From Tubulanus polymorphus (lineage: Eukaryota > Animalia > Nemertea), in the NCBI RefSeq assembly GCF_964204645.1, contig NC_134026.1, positions 17,332,150-17,396,149 of the forward strand: DNA of 64,000 nucleotides, given 5' to 3'. The notes below the pieces were generated by a model. The model worked only from the letters and a program-made list of their open reading frames with translations, made no database searches and was not told where the DNA came from. The position numbers and the translations under genes were made by a program. Below, piece by piece: positions 49,631-63,485 of this stretch. Position 1 is the first letter of the stretch; every line of letters starts with the position of its first letter.

Positions 49631-49956
49631 TAAACTTTTATCCAGCTTCTAGCCAGTCAGAAAAATTGTTCAAACCAAAATGTTTAGTTGATCCTAAATT
49701 GGGAGTAATCCGGACTCTAATCTGGCGACTAAAGTGTTAAATTCGTAAGTTTATATAGATGGTGGATGAGAATCTAGGATATTTTCAAACGTCAACCATA
49801 TTAGTTGTTAGAGATACATTTCACGCGTCATGGAAGACCAAATGATTAAGTGTTTTACTTATTGTGATTATTTGGAAATAACTGATTCTATTTATTCTTT
49901 TTGTTAAATTTGATTGCTTGTGTATGGCGGGGGGGTTATTGAAAGGAATGCGGATT

Positions 49957-51013
49957 TTACTGTTGTTTTGTAGCGATGCAGGCCCTGCAGACGAGTTTAC
50001 GAGCCTCTTCCTGATAGAAATCTAAACACGCGATATAAACGACGAAATTCAAACAGAAATTCAAATCCTGAATATTCGTCGCAAAGAGAGCGTAGTAAAG
50101 AACGTGGTAACTCGGTCCACTTACGCCGTATTGAGTGTACATGAGAATCCGAATCCAGAATATACTCCACAAAACACAAGCAGGTGTCACCGTAACCAAA
50201 AACAAAACCGATACCGAAATCAAATTGATGAGAAATCGATAAGATTCATCGTCTGAATGCCCGCCATGTTTTCGTATGGCCTCACTTCTGGTAGCTAGAC
50301 GAGTTTTGATCAAAGTCGAGGCGATCACCACGTTCGATACGATCACAACGAAACACGGTATCTCGAACGTGGTGATCAATTCGACTACGATCACTATAAT
50401 CGTGCCGCCCCCGGGCAGACGATCGAAAATAAAATCGCAACTAGTGCCTTCTTCGTTCAGTTCGTACCCGAATACAAACGGTGATCGACCGATCATAGCT
50501 ATGATTATGATGGAACAAAGGGTAATTTTCCGCCTGCGAGATGTGATCAATCGTTCGCGTTTCAGCGGAAAATGAATCGCGACGCATTTCTCTACGTTGT
50601 ATAACATCAAAGTCCACGTCGATGTGGCAGACGAAATGTACAAAAGATACCGAAATATTTTACACACGGCCATGTGAGTGGCCAAAAAGTCGAAGAATAC
50701 TTTCGCGTCCGTGTATTCGTACAAGGCGTTATTCATCCAACTATCGGCCAGACCGTTCGTGATTAGATTCACCAGATCGCTGGCCGCCAAAAACGTCAAA
50801 TACTGCGACGTTGATTTATCGCGTCTTTTCATTCGCGGGAAAATGATCAAAAGATAAAATGTTGCCTCCGATACCCATGAAAACGAAAAACGGGAACAGA
50901 CAGGCTCGGTAGAAATTCATGAAGCGTTTTAAATTATCGGGCGGCGTCAGCGCGATCCGACCATCGTCAGTGGTCGTGTTAATGACGGCAGTTGTGAAAT
51001 TATAATCCAACAT
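49957..51013 (-). CDS. Intronless class A (rhodopsin-family) GPCR, FMRFamide/peptide-receptor-like, with a 1-nt frameshift near 50850
   Basis: ORFs 50816-51013 and 49957-50850 join into ~351 aa: N-glycosylation sequons NFT/NTT, TM1 GIGGN, TM2 LAASD, TM3 C..NVEKCVAIHFPL, TM5 IP, TM6 FLVTVTP, TM7 NFCLNFVVY. Confidence 0.9.
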
Positions 51014-51488
51014 CTCTTATCGTTCAGAAAGTTGTTTATTCGTTCACGACTTCGATGAGAAAAGGATTCACTGGAAACCTACGTCTGCAATATTCAATAT
51101 TATGGGCAGAACTGTCAGCTCCGGGTATTGGAAGTCTTGCGGAAAGTTCTCTTCGTGACGTTCATGACAAATGATCAGGTCCAATTTCATTAAGATACAC
51201 ACGAAGACAGTGTCCCGTGCAGTGTATAAGCTAAGGTATTAGTATCAAACGCGACTCGTCGAAATTTCATCGTTTTTTTCCATGAAACCTAAAAAGCTCA
51301 CGCATGTCACGCGCTAACCACACGGTCGTTCTCTCGTAATTTAGTTATTTTTTGTTTTTGCAGATCTTAAATTACAAACTATAAACTTCGTGTGATTCAG
51401 GTGTTTTTGAAAGGGAACGTTCGTTTGGGAATATCGGAATTGTAAATCCGATGCCAATTTCGCATAGCACGCATAGTCACGAAGGTTC

Positions 51489-52390
51489 GGCTCAAGTCCA
51501 TTATAGCATTAAATAGTTCCAGCGTGCAGAGACTTATCACATTGGACAGGTATTTGGAATTAATCCGCCATTATTGGACTGATTGAAATCTTACGACATT
51601 ACGCCATAGGGACGTGCGAACATACCGACATACCGACAAACCGACGAACCGACAAGCCGACGAACCGACATACCGACAAACCGATGAACCGACATACCGA
51701 CAAACCGACGAACCGACATACCGACGAGCCGACAAATCCGTGCGTGGATTACACTTAAATATATAAAGCGACTGGAAGCAAGGGGCTGCGTGCTTGCGTG
51801 GATTACCCTTATATAAAGTGGCTGGGATCGAGGAGCTGGGTATGTACCTGGATTACCCTTGTATTAATTGGCTGGGATCGAGGGGCTGTGTGGTGCATAG
51901 ATTACCCTTATATAAAGAGGCTGGGATCGAGGGGCTGGGTATATGCGTGGATTACCCGCCGATTACCCTCATATAAAGTGGCTAGGATCGAGGCGCTGCG
52001 TGGTTGCGTGGATTACCCTTATATAATGTGGCTGGGATTGAGGGGCTGTGTGTTTGCGTGGATTACCCTTATACAAAGTGGCTGGGATTGAGGGGCTGGG
52101 TGTTTGCGTGGATTACCCTCATATAAAGTGGCTAAGGATCGAGGGGCTGCGTGGTTGCGTGGATTTCCCTTATATAATGTGGCTAGGATCGAGGGAGAGG
52201 GTTTTTCCGTGGATTACCCGCGGCTGGATCGAGGGACTGCGAGTATGTCGGTTTGTCGGTATGTCGGTTCGTCGGTTCGTCGGTATGTCGGTTCGTCGGT
52301 TTGTCTTGAAAAGTACGCAGCCAAATTGCTCCTTTTCTAAAAATGTATCTTTGAGCAGGGAACTATTCCACGCTATACTAGACTTGAACC
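51489..52390. mobile_element. Second, inverted copy of the minisatellite-carrying MITE
   Basis: Reverse complement of 21605-22540 with different array composition; no TSD seen. Confidence 0.9.
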
Positions 52391-52556
52391 CTGATGGAGG
52401 CACAACGCGATCAATGTAAGTTTGAAGTATGAAGGAAAAACAGGACCGGCGGATATAGCGTTACTTTCCGAACACTGCCCAGTACTACCCCAGCCTATCT
52501 GCGGTTGGATGTGCAAATGAACGTTCATTCGATCGTTTCCGATTGCCGACCCGAGA

Positions 52557-55124
52557 AGCTCCTTTAAGTTAATCGCGCGTATGAGGCAAATTCAAATTTT
52601 CTATATTTCTCCATTTCTCCAAACCGTCCTTCTCAAAAAGTGTAGTTTACATCCGGGACACATGGGCATTGGCTAAATCGCGGCGACGAAAATGACGGTC
52701 ACGGACGGACTTTCGTCGAAACTTGCGGGCCGCGTCGCGCGGGTAGTTTAGATACGTGAATGAAGGATAACAAAACGATTTTGTGTAATTTTCAGAATAT
52801 TTACAAAGAATATTCACGAAATATTGTCAAAGAAATGTCATTTTTAGTTCGTATTTCTCCGTAGAAACCGATTGGAAGACTGGATTCGAATCCCACAAAA
52901 AGCACAGATCCCTTAGCAACGGGTCGAATTTTTTTAGAATAACAAGAGCGCCGGTTTCACAGCATCACTAAGGGTCGAGTCCCGGAGAATAACGCGCGCG
53001 CGCCGTCCGCGTGTTACAAATTGACCGTCCCGCTCCACACAAGTACTGAATAATTAACTCAGAATTTTGCCAATCCCTGGGAGTAAAGTGCCGTGCGTTT
53101 TTTAACATATCGTATCTTTATGTGTTTTTTACTCCCGTTTTTCAAACGTTATTCCCCTTTTCCGTTTCAAGTAAAATTCGCTTTAATCCGTACCGTATTT
53201 AAAATACCGTTGTTCCATTAATTCCGTACCCATGCAACCCGTTGTAATACTTAGGAACAAATCTTTAGTGTAAAACATATAAAACTATTGAAGCCATGAG
53301 ATTTAATGTAGAAATCTGACATTTTTAAACTACAGAAAAATTTATTTTCGTATAATCGATAAAACCATAGGCTCTCAATACGTAATCAACATTCCCAAAC
53401 TCCCACGTTGTTTTTCGCAAAAAATGATTTTTTTCTTTTTTAATCTTCAAATTTCTTGTATAAAACATATAAAACTGTTAAAGCCGTTCGTAGAACATAT
53501 CTGACGATACAGGAAGATTTATTGTCGTAAAACAAACAAGGCTTTCAATTTGTAATCAACACTCCCAAAGCATGTTTTTTTTCGCAAAAATGAATTCCTT
53601 TTATACATGTATTTGATCACGGTGAATCTTCGCTCGCTTCGACATTTTGGGTGATTTTCTTTGGCCACGGCCCACGCCGAACACAGGTGCCCCCGCAAAA
53701 CCTATTTTTTTACAATGCAGAATTCTATATAAGTTGCCGAAAGGGCACTCACCTCTGTTTATTCATTAAAACTTAAGACTGGCTGTGCGCTTCACCAAGT
53801 TTCGACTTTGACATATTATTTTGGGTGATTTTCTTTGGTCACGCCACCGGGTGCCTTAATCGCTAAATCGCGGCGACGAAAATGACGGTCACGGACGGAC
53901 TTTCGTCGAAACTTGCGTCGCGCGGGTAGTTTAAATACGTGAATGAAGGATAACAAAACGATTTTGTGTAATTTTCAGAATATTTACAAAGAATATTCAC
54001 GAAATATTGTCGAAGAAATGTCATTTTTAGTTCGTATTTCTCCGTAGAAACCGATTGGAAGACTGGATTCGAATCCCACAAAAAACACAGTCCCTTAGCA
54101 ACAGGTCGAATTTTTTTAGAATAACAAGAGCGCCGGTTTCACAGCATCACTAAAGGTCGAGTCCCGGAGAATAACTTAGTATCTTTATGTGTTTTTTACT
54201 CCCTTTTTTCAAACGCTATCCCCTTTTACGTTTCGCCTAAAATTCGCTATAAACCGTATTTAATATACCGTTGTTCCATTAATTTGTTCTCGTGTAATCG
54301 CTAAAACAATAGGCTCTCAATATGTAATCAACATTCCCAAACTTCCACGTTGTTTTTCGCAGAAAATGATTTTTTTTTCTTTTTTAATCACGGGTCCCTT
54401 AATTCGCTCGAGTCATATGTTGGGTGATTATTTTTTTTTGGTCACGCCACCGGGTGCCTTCCTTCAGCAAAACCTACATTCTTTACAACGTAGAACTTGG
54501 AAACAAATTTCTTGTGTAAAACATAACTGTTAAAGCCGTTCGTAGAAGATATCTGACGATACAGAAAGATTTATTCTCGTATGAAAGATAAAACAAACAA
54601 GGCTTTCAATTTGTAATCAACACTCTCAAAGCATGTTTTTTCGCAAAAAGGAATTCCCTTTCTATACATGTATTTGATCACGGCGAATCTTCGCTCGAAA
54701 AGATCTTCGACACTTTGGGTGATTTTCTTTGGCCACGGACCACACTGAACACGTGCCCCCGCAAAACCTATGTTTTTTTTACGACGTAGAATTCTATTTA
54801 AGTTGCCGAAAGGGCACTCGCCTCTATCTAAATCAATAAAACTCTGGCTGTGCGCTTCGCCAAGTTTCGACTTTGACATATTATTCTGAAAATTACACAA
54901 AATCATTTTGTTATCCTTGATTCACGTATTTAAACTACCCGCGCGTCGCGGCCCGCAAGTTTCGACGAAAGTCCGTCCGTGACCGCCGTCATTTTCGTTG
55001 CCGCGATTTAGCCAATGCCCATGTGTCCCGGATGTAAACTACACTTTTTGAAAAGGACGGTATGGAGAAATATAGAAAATTTGAATTTGCCTCATAGTCA
55101 TACGCGCGATTAAGTTAAGGAGCT
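52557..55124. repeat. Composite repeat: ~240-bp terminal inverted repeat enclosing a ~1.1-kb tandem duplication
   Basis: 52557-52798 is the reverse complement of 54884-55124; 52672-53860 is repeated as 53862-54883. Confidence 0.88.
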
Positions 55125-55704
55125 TTTTACGTGGTAGCTCTTGTATGTAGCTGGATCCATATATCCAACATATTGTTGACCCAGGTTGCGCTTCTTGGAA
55201 GTAAGTCATATGTTATGAACTGTAGAATTATTTCGATGACGCTTCCCCCAGTGCGATATATGAACCAGTTAGGCAGAAACCCGTTATCGCTGCTATGCAG
55301 CTATATTTGAATATCATCTTTATACTCCCGTTGTTACTCGGTGTTTTGAGCTGATTTTACTCAGCATGGCATATGGAAAGTTTAGATGATTTCCAATTAA
55401 AAACTGTCAATTCAGAATACAGATTGTGGACAATTTTGAATTGAAAATTCAGAATTTCAAAACCCAGATCTCAAAGTTCTTACCGACAAGGGTAGGTTAG
55501 AACCTAGCAATGGCGCCATTGTTGGACACGTGACCTATTAGTAAAAGAATCGTGTCGGTGACATTGTTAACTAATCAGCGGGCGTCAGGGATTAAAAGCC
55601 TAAGGCATGAAATCCTTCAAGTCGGGTAATTCTTCTTGGAATACGATTGTGTAAGCGCACAACCCAGACTCATAAAACTTTGGAACGCGATAAATCAGGG
55701 AAAA

Positions 55705-56020
55705 TATGAGCGCTTCACCGGGACGTATGCTTTTTGCAACGTAATCGAGTCCCAACATAAGAATTCGCGACATGTTTTCACAGCGACATATCTAAATGTG
55801 ACGACGAAATGCAGATGTATTTGCGACAACATATATAAATGTATTTACAACTGTATCTTTTGTGACAACGTACTTTCACTTCCCGGCGTAATGATGAATT
55901 TTGTCTCGTCGCAAAATGCATCATTACGTCGGGATATATGTTGTCGCAAATTCTTATGTCGGGATGCGATTACGTTGCAAAAAAACATATACGTACGTAC
56001 GTGGTCGGTGCAGCCTCATA
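55705..56020. mobile_element. MITE with ~70-bp imperfect TIRs
   Basis: tatgag..caccg..ttttgcaacgtaatcg.gtccc.acataagaatt.gcgaca vs its reverse complement at 55940-56020. Confidence 0.75.
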
Positions 56021-59000
56021 TTTTTTCATTTATCGCGTTCCATGTAGAACTTCATTACAAATCTATAGATATTGTGATGTGAGCGTCTGCGATCTGAAGG
56101 GACATGGGGTCCGCCTTGGGTGCTAGGCATGGGTGCATATCCACATGCGCAATGAGGATATTTTCCGACATGTCAAATTTTCAGATCTCGGGAAAGTACC
56201 CACTGCGCATGACTGACATCGTGATACTACCGGGGGTACATTCGTGAACATTCAAGGTGCCTTCTTAGCCGAAACTAATAAAGATTTATATGCTGTGGAA
56301 ATACCCTCAGTGCAAACAACAGTGCAGTTCTAAGCCGAGCATGATTGTGACCATACAGATCTCACAAGTTTCCCCACTAGATGAATCTAATTCATACCGC
56401 CATGCATATGCCCCACAATTCCCGCTTATCTTTTAGCGTCGTTATAGTAAGACCTGTGCGGTAAAATGGCCTGTTTCACACCCTGTAGCTGCGGTGGTTA
56501 AACTGTGGCCCACAAAGAAATATAATTTTCTACAACTTCATAATATTCTTTGACCATATATGAATGTTCTTTGGTAACATGCTTTGAATTGCTTCGCTTT
56601 TCAAACCGAGATGGCGAGACAATGTTGAATAACGGGACATTGCTGTTATGGATTCCGATAGATGGCGAGTGTACTCTCGGGTCTATCAATAGCGTTCGTA
56701 CCTACAATTTATATACGATACTTTTATTATTATTTTAGTAAACTGAAACGGCGGACCGGTATCTAAAACAGCCATAGGACCAAATCTTTTTGACTGGTAG
56801 TCTGATGCGTTCTCAGTTTTCAAATTTGATGAACGAACCTTATACAACTGATCATTGTGATAACGTATCGGGATTTTGACTATCGTCGTCTCCAGCTTCG
56901 TTTCTCTCGTGATGAGGTTGTGTTAAAATTCGAATGAGTTGTCCAAGTCTGGCTATCCATCTGGCTATTCAGGCAGGGCATATATCAGGGTTTCCATATG
57001 TATCCAAATTTTGCAAAATCTTGACCCAATTTACACTGATTTCGAAGGGCGAGGGGAGATCGTCCGCTGCCCCCGAACCCCCAGTCGCACGGGCCTGTGC
57101 CCCTAAAAGTTTTAGAAGAATGCCCTCTTGCGAATATTGTTGTATTATCCATTAGAACTGCCCTTTTTCGAAATTCTCTGCTATTATGGTTCGTACGTAT
57201 TTCATGTTGATTTCGCATTACGGAAATATCTAATATCATTCGTGTGTAGTTGTAGACTCACCTGTGGTGAAAATATGTGGAGCCATAATTGAAAATAATG
57301 AACCGTGTAATACAATACTAAATTCACTGTGCGACTTCTCTAATTCTATTCATCGAATGACAAATGTAATGTGATTCATGACTGAAGTTGTTTAGACTAA
57401 TATTTACCGCGGCCACATTTTAATTGTTCGTGTATGGTTGAATTATGTCGTCTCGTAAAAAAATATGATGTACGCCGAACTGCGAGAATATATATATATA
57501 TGTCCATATGCCAGCTCTTCTGAGACTAGGATCATATGTCATAGATCATCTAGATCTACGTTGATGCGGGTATCATTTTAAGTCAATAAACCTGGAATCG
57601 GCAGCGTTAATCATGACCAGGATGACGCAGTGATCTCAGGTATTCAGAACGATTAGTTGTAAAATTAGTGGGTCATAGGTCTAATTTCACCATTATTTAT
57701 AGTTCCTAAAACTTCCAATAGAGTTACTGTACAGCTGTGCGTATACGCGTGCGGGTGTGTGCGGGTCCAGTAATTGTATATATTCGCACCCGATTAGATG
57801 ATTATGATATAGGCATTTAGCACATTCGAGAATCAAAAGAACAGCGAATTTCTAAACAAATATCAATTGCAAGAATTGATACGCGATAGATTGTCAATCT
57901 CATGTCTGTAACCAGATGAAGTTCTGATCTACAAAAGGGCACAGCAAAAGGAGCACAATTCTTAAAGAAATATCTTCATCACTCATAATGGATAAAGTTT
58001 CATCCGGAATATGTTTTGGAGAGTTTGGGTGGATTTCTTGGAATTATGGCGGCCAATAAAACTGTTTCCTTCCTCATATAACTACTGATGTCACAAGCTA
58101 TCCCTTCCAATAAAATGATAAAAATCTGTGAAGGTGGAATTTTGAAGACCAAGCAAAATCTTAAAAATTTGTTGGAAGAATATGATGTAAAATAGGAATG
58201 AATTACAATGTTTTCGGGCTTATCCTTTCGGGTTGATGATTGTCAACGTAAAGCGGTCTCTCTTGGCGGGATTTTTCTTGTATAAGTGCCTCTAGTTAGA
58301 ATTAATCGATTGCACTTTAAAATCATTGGCGGTGTTGATTATTTTTTACGTTCAGCTGCTGCTGCAAGCTTTGTGGATGGATGAATCATAAAAGATACAA
58401 TAGACAGTTTCAACCTCTTGAAGGGCGCGTTGAATCCCGACCGCATTTTCTGTATTGCAGCTGCAGTCGTTGTCACATGCCCGGTGTTGCATATAGAAAA
58501 AGGCAATTTCAGAAATATAAGCAGCGGGTCTGAATCATTGCAGGAATCTAGGAAAAGAGGAACGTACCCAGAAAGAGTTAAACATTCCGGGCTTCTGATA
58601 GAAACAACGCACATGACATGTATCACAAGAAAGTGTCAATCCTATGGATGAACATATCCTAGTCATAGTATATAGAAACTAGTGTATCTGCTTATATTAT
58701 CATGTTTGTAATATAGACTGCTATAAATTCTATCATTTTCTTTCATCTCCTGATATGTACACTATACATGTTCTCTTCTTTTTGACACTTAATTTGTGTT
58801 CTCCTCTTTATTGTAAAAAGCCAATACTGTCATTTATATATCGCGGTGCAATAAAGATTGAATTTAATTTAATTGAATTTAAGGAACCCATCAAAAGTTT
58901 TAGTGGATCCGGACTTCCTTGCAATATCCCTTCACCCACTCGCGCACGCGTTGTGTTCATCTTCGGCTAGGCTCCATTGAAGGCTCCACTGAACCCCGCC

Positions 59001-59199
59001 GAAATAAAAAGTATTCTGCTCAGCTCATGTTTCAAATAAATCAAACAGCAATATTATAACATTATGGCTATACTTCATTCATATTTATTATTTTCATTTT
59101 GTATCAATTTGTTCATTGAGGGTGATCAGAGGCCAGGGATAGACCTCCCGAAATATAACCAAAAAAGTTTAAGAACCCCGTTAAACTCTCAGATTTATA

Positions 59200-60267
59200 T
59201 CAAGTAGTGTTAGTTCTTTTTCTCATTTCCCTAGTGTAATCAACAGAAGAGAGTACCGACGAGGGGGTAGAACAACGATTTACTCCTGGTGCTGCTGACG
59301 CCGATCGTTGCTTGGTCGAATGTGCTTGAGGCAACTTCTTCAGATTTAAAGTCGTGCTCAAGCTCATGGGATTAACCTCAGGGATACGACCTGGTCTAGT
59401 GTTGTCTGTAAATCCATAACGTTCGTACAAATCCTGTCTAGCACGCTCCATATCTGACATTACTTTTATGTGTTTTGTAAGCATCGCCCAACCTTTGAAG
59501 TTGTCATTACTACGACGTTCGAGTTTAAGTTCTTGTATATTACGCCTGATTGAAGACCACCCTCGTTTAGACGTAGATGCATTTCCTTTCACTTTTTGGG
59601 GACTGACTGGCCTGTTGGCAATCTGTACATCGGTTATGCATTCCAACTGATCTTCGAAAAATAATTCTTCAGTAGCTTTCAGCTCACTACTGTGAACGGT
59701 GTCACGAAGAAAGGTTACCTGAGACTTCTTCTGTTTGCATTCTCGTGGTGCTAAGCACATTCCTTTTTCCACCATATCGCTTAAAACCTGTCTATAAGCC
59801 TCGCTGGTCTTTTCACGAAGAACCGGGTCTGATGCTGAGTTGGCCAGCATCATGGCTCTGTGAAATGGAGAATCGAATTCCGTATCAAGAGAAAATGTGT
59901 CCGTTAGGGTGGAAGTTCCCACTCCCGCTACTGTTGTATTCTCCCAGTCCGAAATCTTTCTCGCGTAATCTACGGGATTTGTGGTTGTTGTCACGGCATT
60001 AACATTGACATCATCACATCCTGATATTGACTTACGTGGGGTTATACTATTCGATCGCTTACTTCGCTTTTTATTAAATGTTTTTATCCATCGTTTTCGT
60101 AAAATTGTTGAGCTCTCGAATGTTGCATGGTCGTCTTTAATCCGGACAACTGAGCTGTCTTTGTTGGGGATGGTAATTTCACATGCTGCAGTTGTTGATT
60201 GTTTGAGTGCTGAGCGACCAACTCGGCTGTTGTTATGCCTTCTCGCAGTAACCAATGTCTCAGGCAT
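59200..60267 (-). CDS. Uncharacterised 355-aa protein, S/T/K/R-rich with a C-terminal helical block
   Basis: Uninterrupted 1068-nt ORF in AT-rich DNA, no TE motifs recognised, in-frame stop upstream of the ATG, aataaa on the minus strand ~110 nt past the stop. Confidence 0.75.
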   Translation of the reverse strand: MPETLVTARRHNNSRVGRSALKQSTTAACEITIPNKDSSVVRIKDDHATFESSTILRKRWIKTFNKKRSKRSNSITPRKSISGCDDVNVNAVTTTTNPVDYARKISDWENTTVAGVGTSTLTDTFSLDTEFDSPFHRAMMLANSASDPVLREKTSEAYRQVLSDMVEKGMCLAPRECKQKKSQVTFLRDTVHSSELKATEELFFEDQLECITDVQIANRPVSPQKVKGNASTSKRGWSSIRRNIQELKLERRSNDNFKGWAMLTKHIKVMSDMERARQDLYERYGFTDNTRPGRIPEVNPMSLSTTLNLKKLPQAHSTKQRSASAAPGVNRCSTPSSVLSSVDYTREMRKRTNTT

Positions 60268-63200
60268 CCTAACGCGTGGTCGCTTGATTCAAGTTAATTC
60301 CATACCTTATTGCAAACTTCTGCTTATTTTCGGCACAACGACTACTAATGACAAAACGGCTTTCTGTTCGCTCAAGTGGTTCGTGCTTGCCATGCTCCAG
60401 TTGATCCGTTTACATACCATTTACACGTTATTCTTGCTTTAGTGTGGTATGCATTGTAGGTCTACTATTTGTTATCAGCCTAAAACGTTCTGACATAGAC
60501 TTAGGTGCTGTTATTAATTCTTGGACCAGGTTCTCTTAAAACGTAGGGAAAAAGTTACTTAAAACGAACATTCATCCAGTGTTCCAATATATAGTAACGA
60601 TAAACTGCTGTCTTAAGTTTGAATGTAATGTAGAAAAAATACAGGATGACTCGTATTTTACCGTCGTGCCGTGTTATGGAAAGCCTGTTGACATTTACAG
60701 TCAACATTTAAATTATTACACTTACATTTCCTACGTTTATCCCCCAACGTATATCCCCGTAAGCGTATTTCTTTCATGAGGTATAATTCTTTCACAATCT
60801 CGTAAGTTCATGTGTTATTCATTGACAAACATCCGTAAGCGATATTCCATATGCGTTATTTCATTCATCACGTGGTAACATCTAGTCATAGTCGTCGATA
60901 TTAATACGTTCTAGTGCGGTACTAGTTGTTTTATTCATCTGTAACAACAACGTCATCCGCACGATGACAGGAAGCGTTTCAGGTTTCTACGGGCGACCGA
61001 ACTGATGTTTCAATTTGTTTACTGTCTAGCTAAACGTACAGCATTGCGAACAATTGCCATGTTGAAGGAGTGAAATATTCATAGTATCGCGACATAAGTG
61101 TATTCTGCAGTTTATGAATAATATGAAATACTGACTGTATTTGAAAGATTGGCAGTGAGCGTCTGTTAGACATAAAACAGATGAATATTTCTGGGATGAA
61201 TATTTCTGAAGATACGTACCTAGAAATGTGTATTGGTGTTACGAAATTCCAACCACTACTGGCGAGCAAAAACCTTATGATTGCTTAAGAATGATGTATA
61301 ACAATTGTATTTTAACCACAATATCGTTGTATTATTCTAGCCTTTAGACCGCCTGGATTTTCTTCGCACTTAAGCGAGAGACCAAAGCGTCGTGTGGTCT
61401 GTTGGATTTTGTTGTTCTTAATCTAAAATAAAGTTTGCTTTCAGTTTGGTAATGGGAATACAAAATAATGCCTAGAACTTTGAGAAATTTACGTCGATCC
61501 ATAATGATTGAAAATTGCGAAATGAAAATTGCTGAAATCGAATTAATTCAATCGAAGTATTTTAGAAATACGTTACATAAACGAAAAGTTCATGATCGTA
61601 ATGAGTGTTAGAATAAAGTATGAGTGTATAATATCAACTTCGGGCACTTTTTAACTCGGACAAGTACAGAGAACGCTTGCCCTTTGTATCAAAGAAGCAA
61701 AAAGAACTGGTATCTCACTACCCCACTAAATTCGTCACCGGTTGTTTTCTTCTTGTTAAGGATGTACGTAGACGTATTTCTTTAAAGTGCTATTGTAGTC
61801 TGTACCAATGTATGTACCTGCATAATTTCCTGCAAAAATATTTTTGGGTTTGGCCATCCTTTTGGCTACGTTGTAATATGCATTGCATGAGAGAATTAAT
61901 TGTCTATGCTCAATTATTTTTTCGTTAAATATGGACCAGCAAACAAACATTTAAACTTTGAATCTTTGCAAGTATATGTGAGTGAAAGTTTAAGGGCCAT
62001 GGTTCCAAAGTTCTGGTAAAAGTTTTGACTCGTCAATTAACATAATATAAAAAAACATCAATTTAACATGTTTCTTGTTCATGGGATGACTTGCCCTCTG
62101 TCGGCAATCAACCTTCACGATATTTTATTGCGTTGCCCTTGCGTGTACTAACTATACACGTTTTCAAATAAATCTTCATGAGCATATGGCGTTTAGATTT
62201 AAAGATATGAACCAGTGAGGTCCCGTGCCACCAGCTATCCCGCTAGATGGCGTCTGTGTCGATTGGACAGCTCGATCAAAATACATATCGTTATTTCTGA
62301 TAAATTTCAAACAGCAGGCCGGATACTTGCCCTTTCGCAGGAACACGTAGTTGCAAAAATATATAATGTTGAAATATACGTAGCCATCACGCCGTTTCGA
62401 ATGGGATTCAAAATGATGAGTGTCTAAAACTTAGATTATACCGTATTTTTAATGTTTCAGATCTTTTGGAAGAACTGTTACATCAATGATAACTACCCTG
62501 CGTTGGTTCCAAAAATGGTTTATTATTATATTACGATTATCAAAACGTATCATTCTTTTTGTGTCTTTATACATTCATAATTTCAACATGATATATCTTC
62601 TTTGTTCATTCTTGGCACAAGCTGGAGACAGTGTACGTATGTTTAACTTGAGTGAGCATCGAATTGATAGTGGATGTCAACAACAATTTGATATCTGTTA
62701 CTTGGTTGGCAAACTGACTGCCACCTCTCCATTTTTATGTGAATTTTAAATTACCGCCTTCTTTCTATATGGACCTTCTATCCCCTCTCGATATTTGCTA
62801 GGACGTACCCATCTATCCAATCAGGATAGAGGATTTCTGGATTCTTTAAAGTGTGGAATGGCCAGGGGACAAAACCGTTTTGATCTTATTGGTCATTGTC
62901 GACTTGCCCATGAAATAAAATTGTTCATTATCCAGAAATCCTAAAGCTTTTTTAAAGCTTCCGAAAATTCGAGGGGATTGCAATAAACAGTTTGTGCACT
63001 ACGCATTTTATATTGGCGCTTCAAAATAACAGCTACACCAGTTACTGATGTGACATTCAATTTGTAATTGAATATATTTCGTGACTGTTATTCTTTGATT
63101 GGATGTACCTAAGTTCTTATGTGTATTTCATAAAATAACTCTATATTGACAATTTGATCACATTTGCATGAGGACTCGAGTACCTATGTTAGTAATTGAT

Positions 63201-63485
63201 GCCTAATTTGCTGAACTACTAGCAGGCACTGTATTAATGTGCATCTCTGATTACTAGAACCCTTGTGCTCACAGCTGCGTCGTAGTTGAGCAGATCGGCT
63301 GCGCTCGGATGCCACTGGCGGGATACGGTAGGCCCGAAGGATATGGCTAACTAGCGCCTTTGCGTCGTAAGCCGGGTTATGTCTGGTGGATATGATGATA
63401 ATATACCGTATGCCGTTAGCTCCGGCTGTTACTGATAACGTTCAATCCTTAACTTTATCATCCAATCTATTTACGATGTTTTTGT

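Noticed and set aside
50276-50575. 99-aa plus-strand ORF
   Set aside because: Antisense to the GPCR
52878-52900. ggattcgaatccc, tRNA T-arm/B-box-like (also 54066 and 47914)
   Set aside because: No cloverleaf, acceptor stem or upstream A-box could be built
55636-56082. 148-aa Cys-rich ORF
   Set aside because: Lies across a MITE with TIRs; no recognisable domain
58339-58651. Overlapping short ORFs on both strands
   Set aside because: No recognisable motif or splice support
59981-60442. 153-aa plus-strand ORF (and 59468-59650, 59745-60002)
   Set aside because: Antisense shadows of the 355-aa minus ORF
63310-63430. Twister-ribozyme-like words (taac..gcc..gtc.taagc..gg)
   Set aside because: P4 and pseudoknot pairings could not be formed
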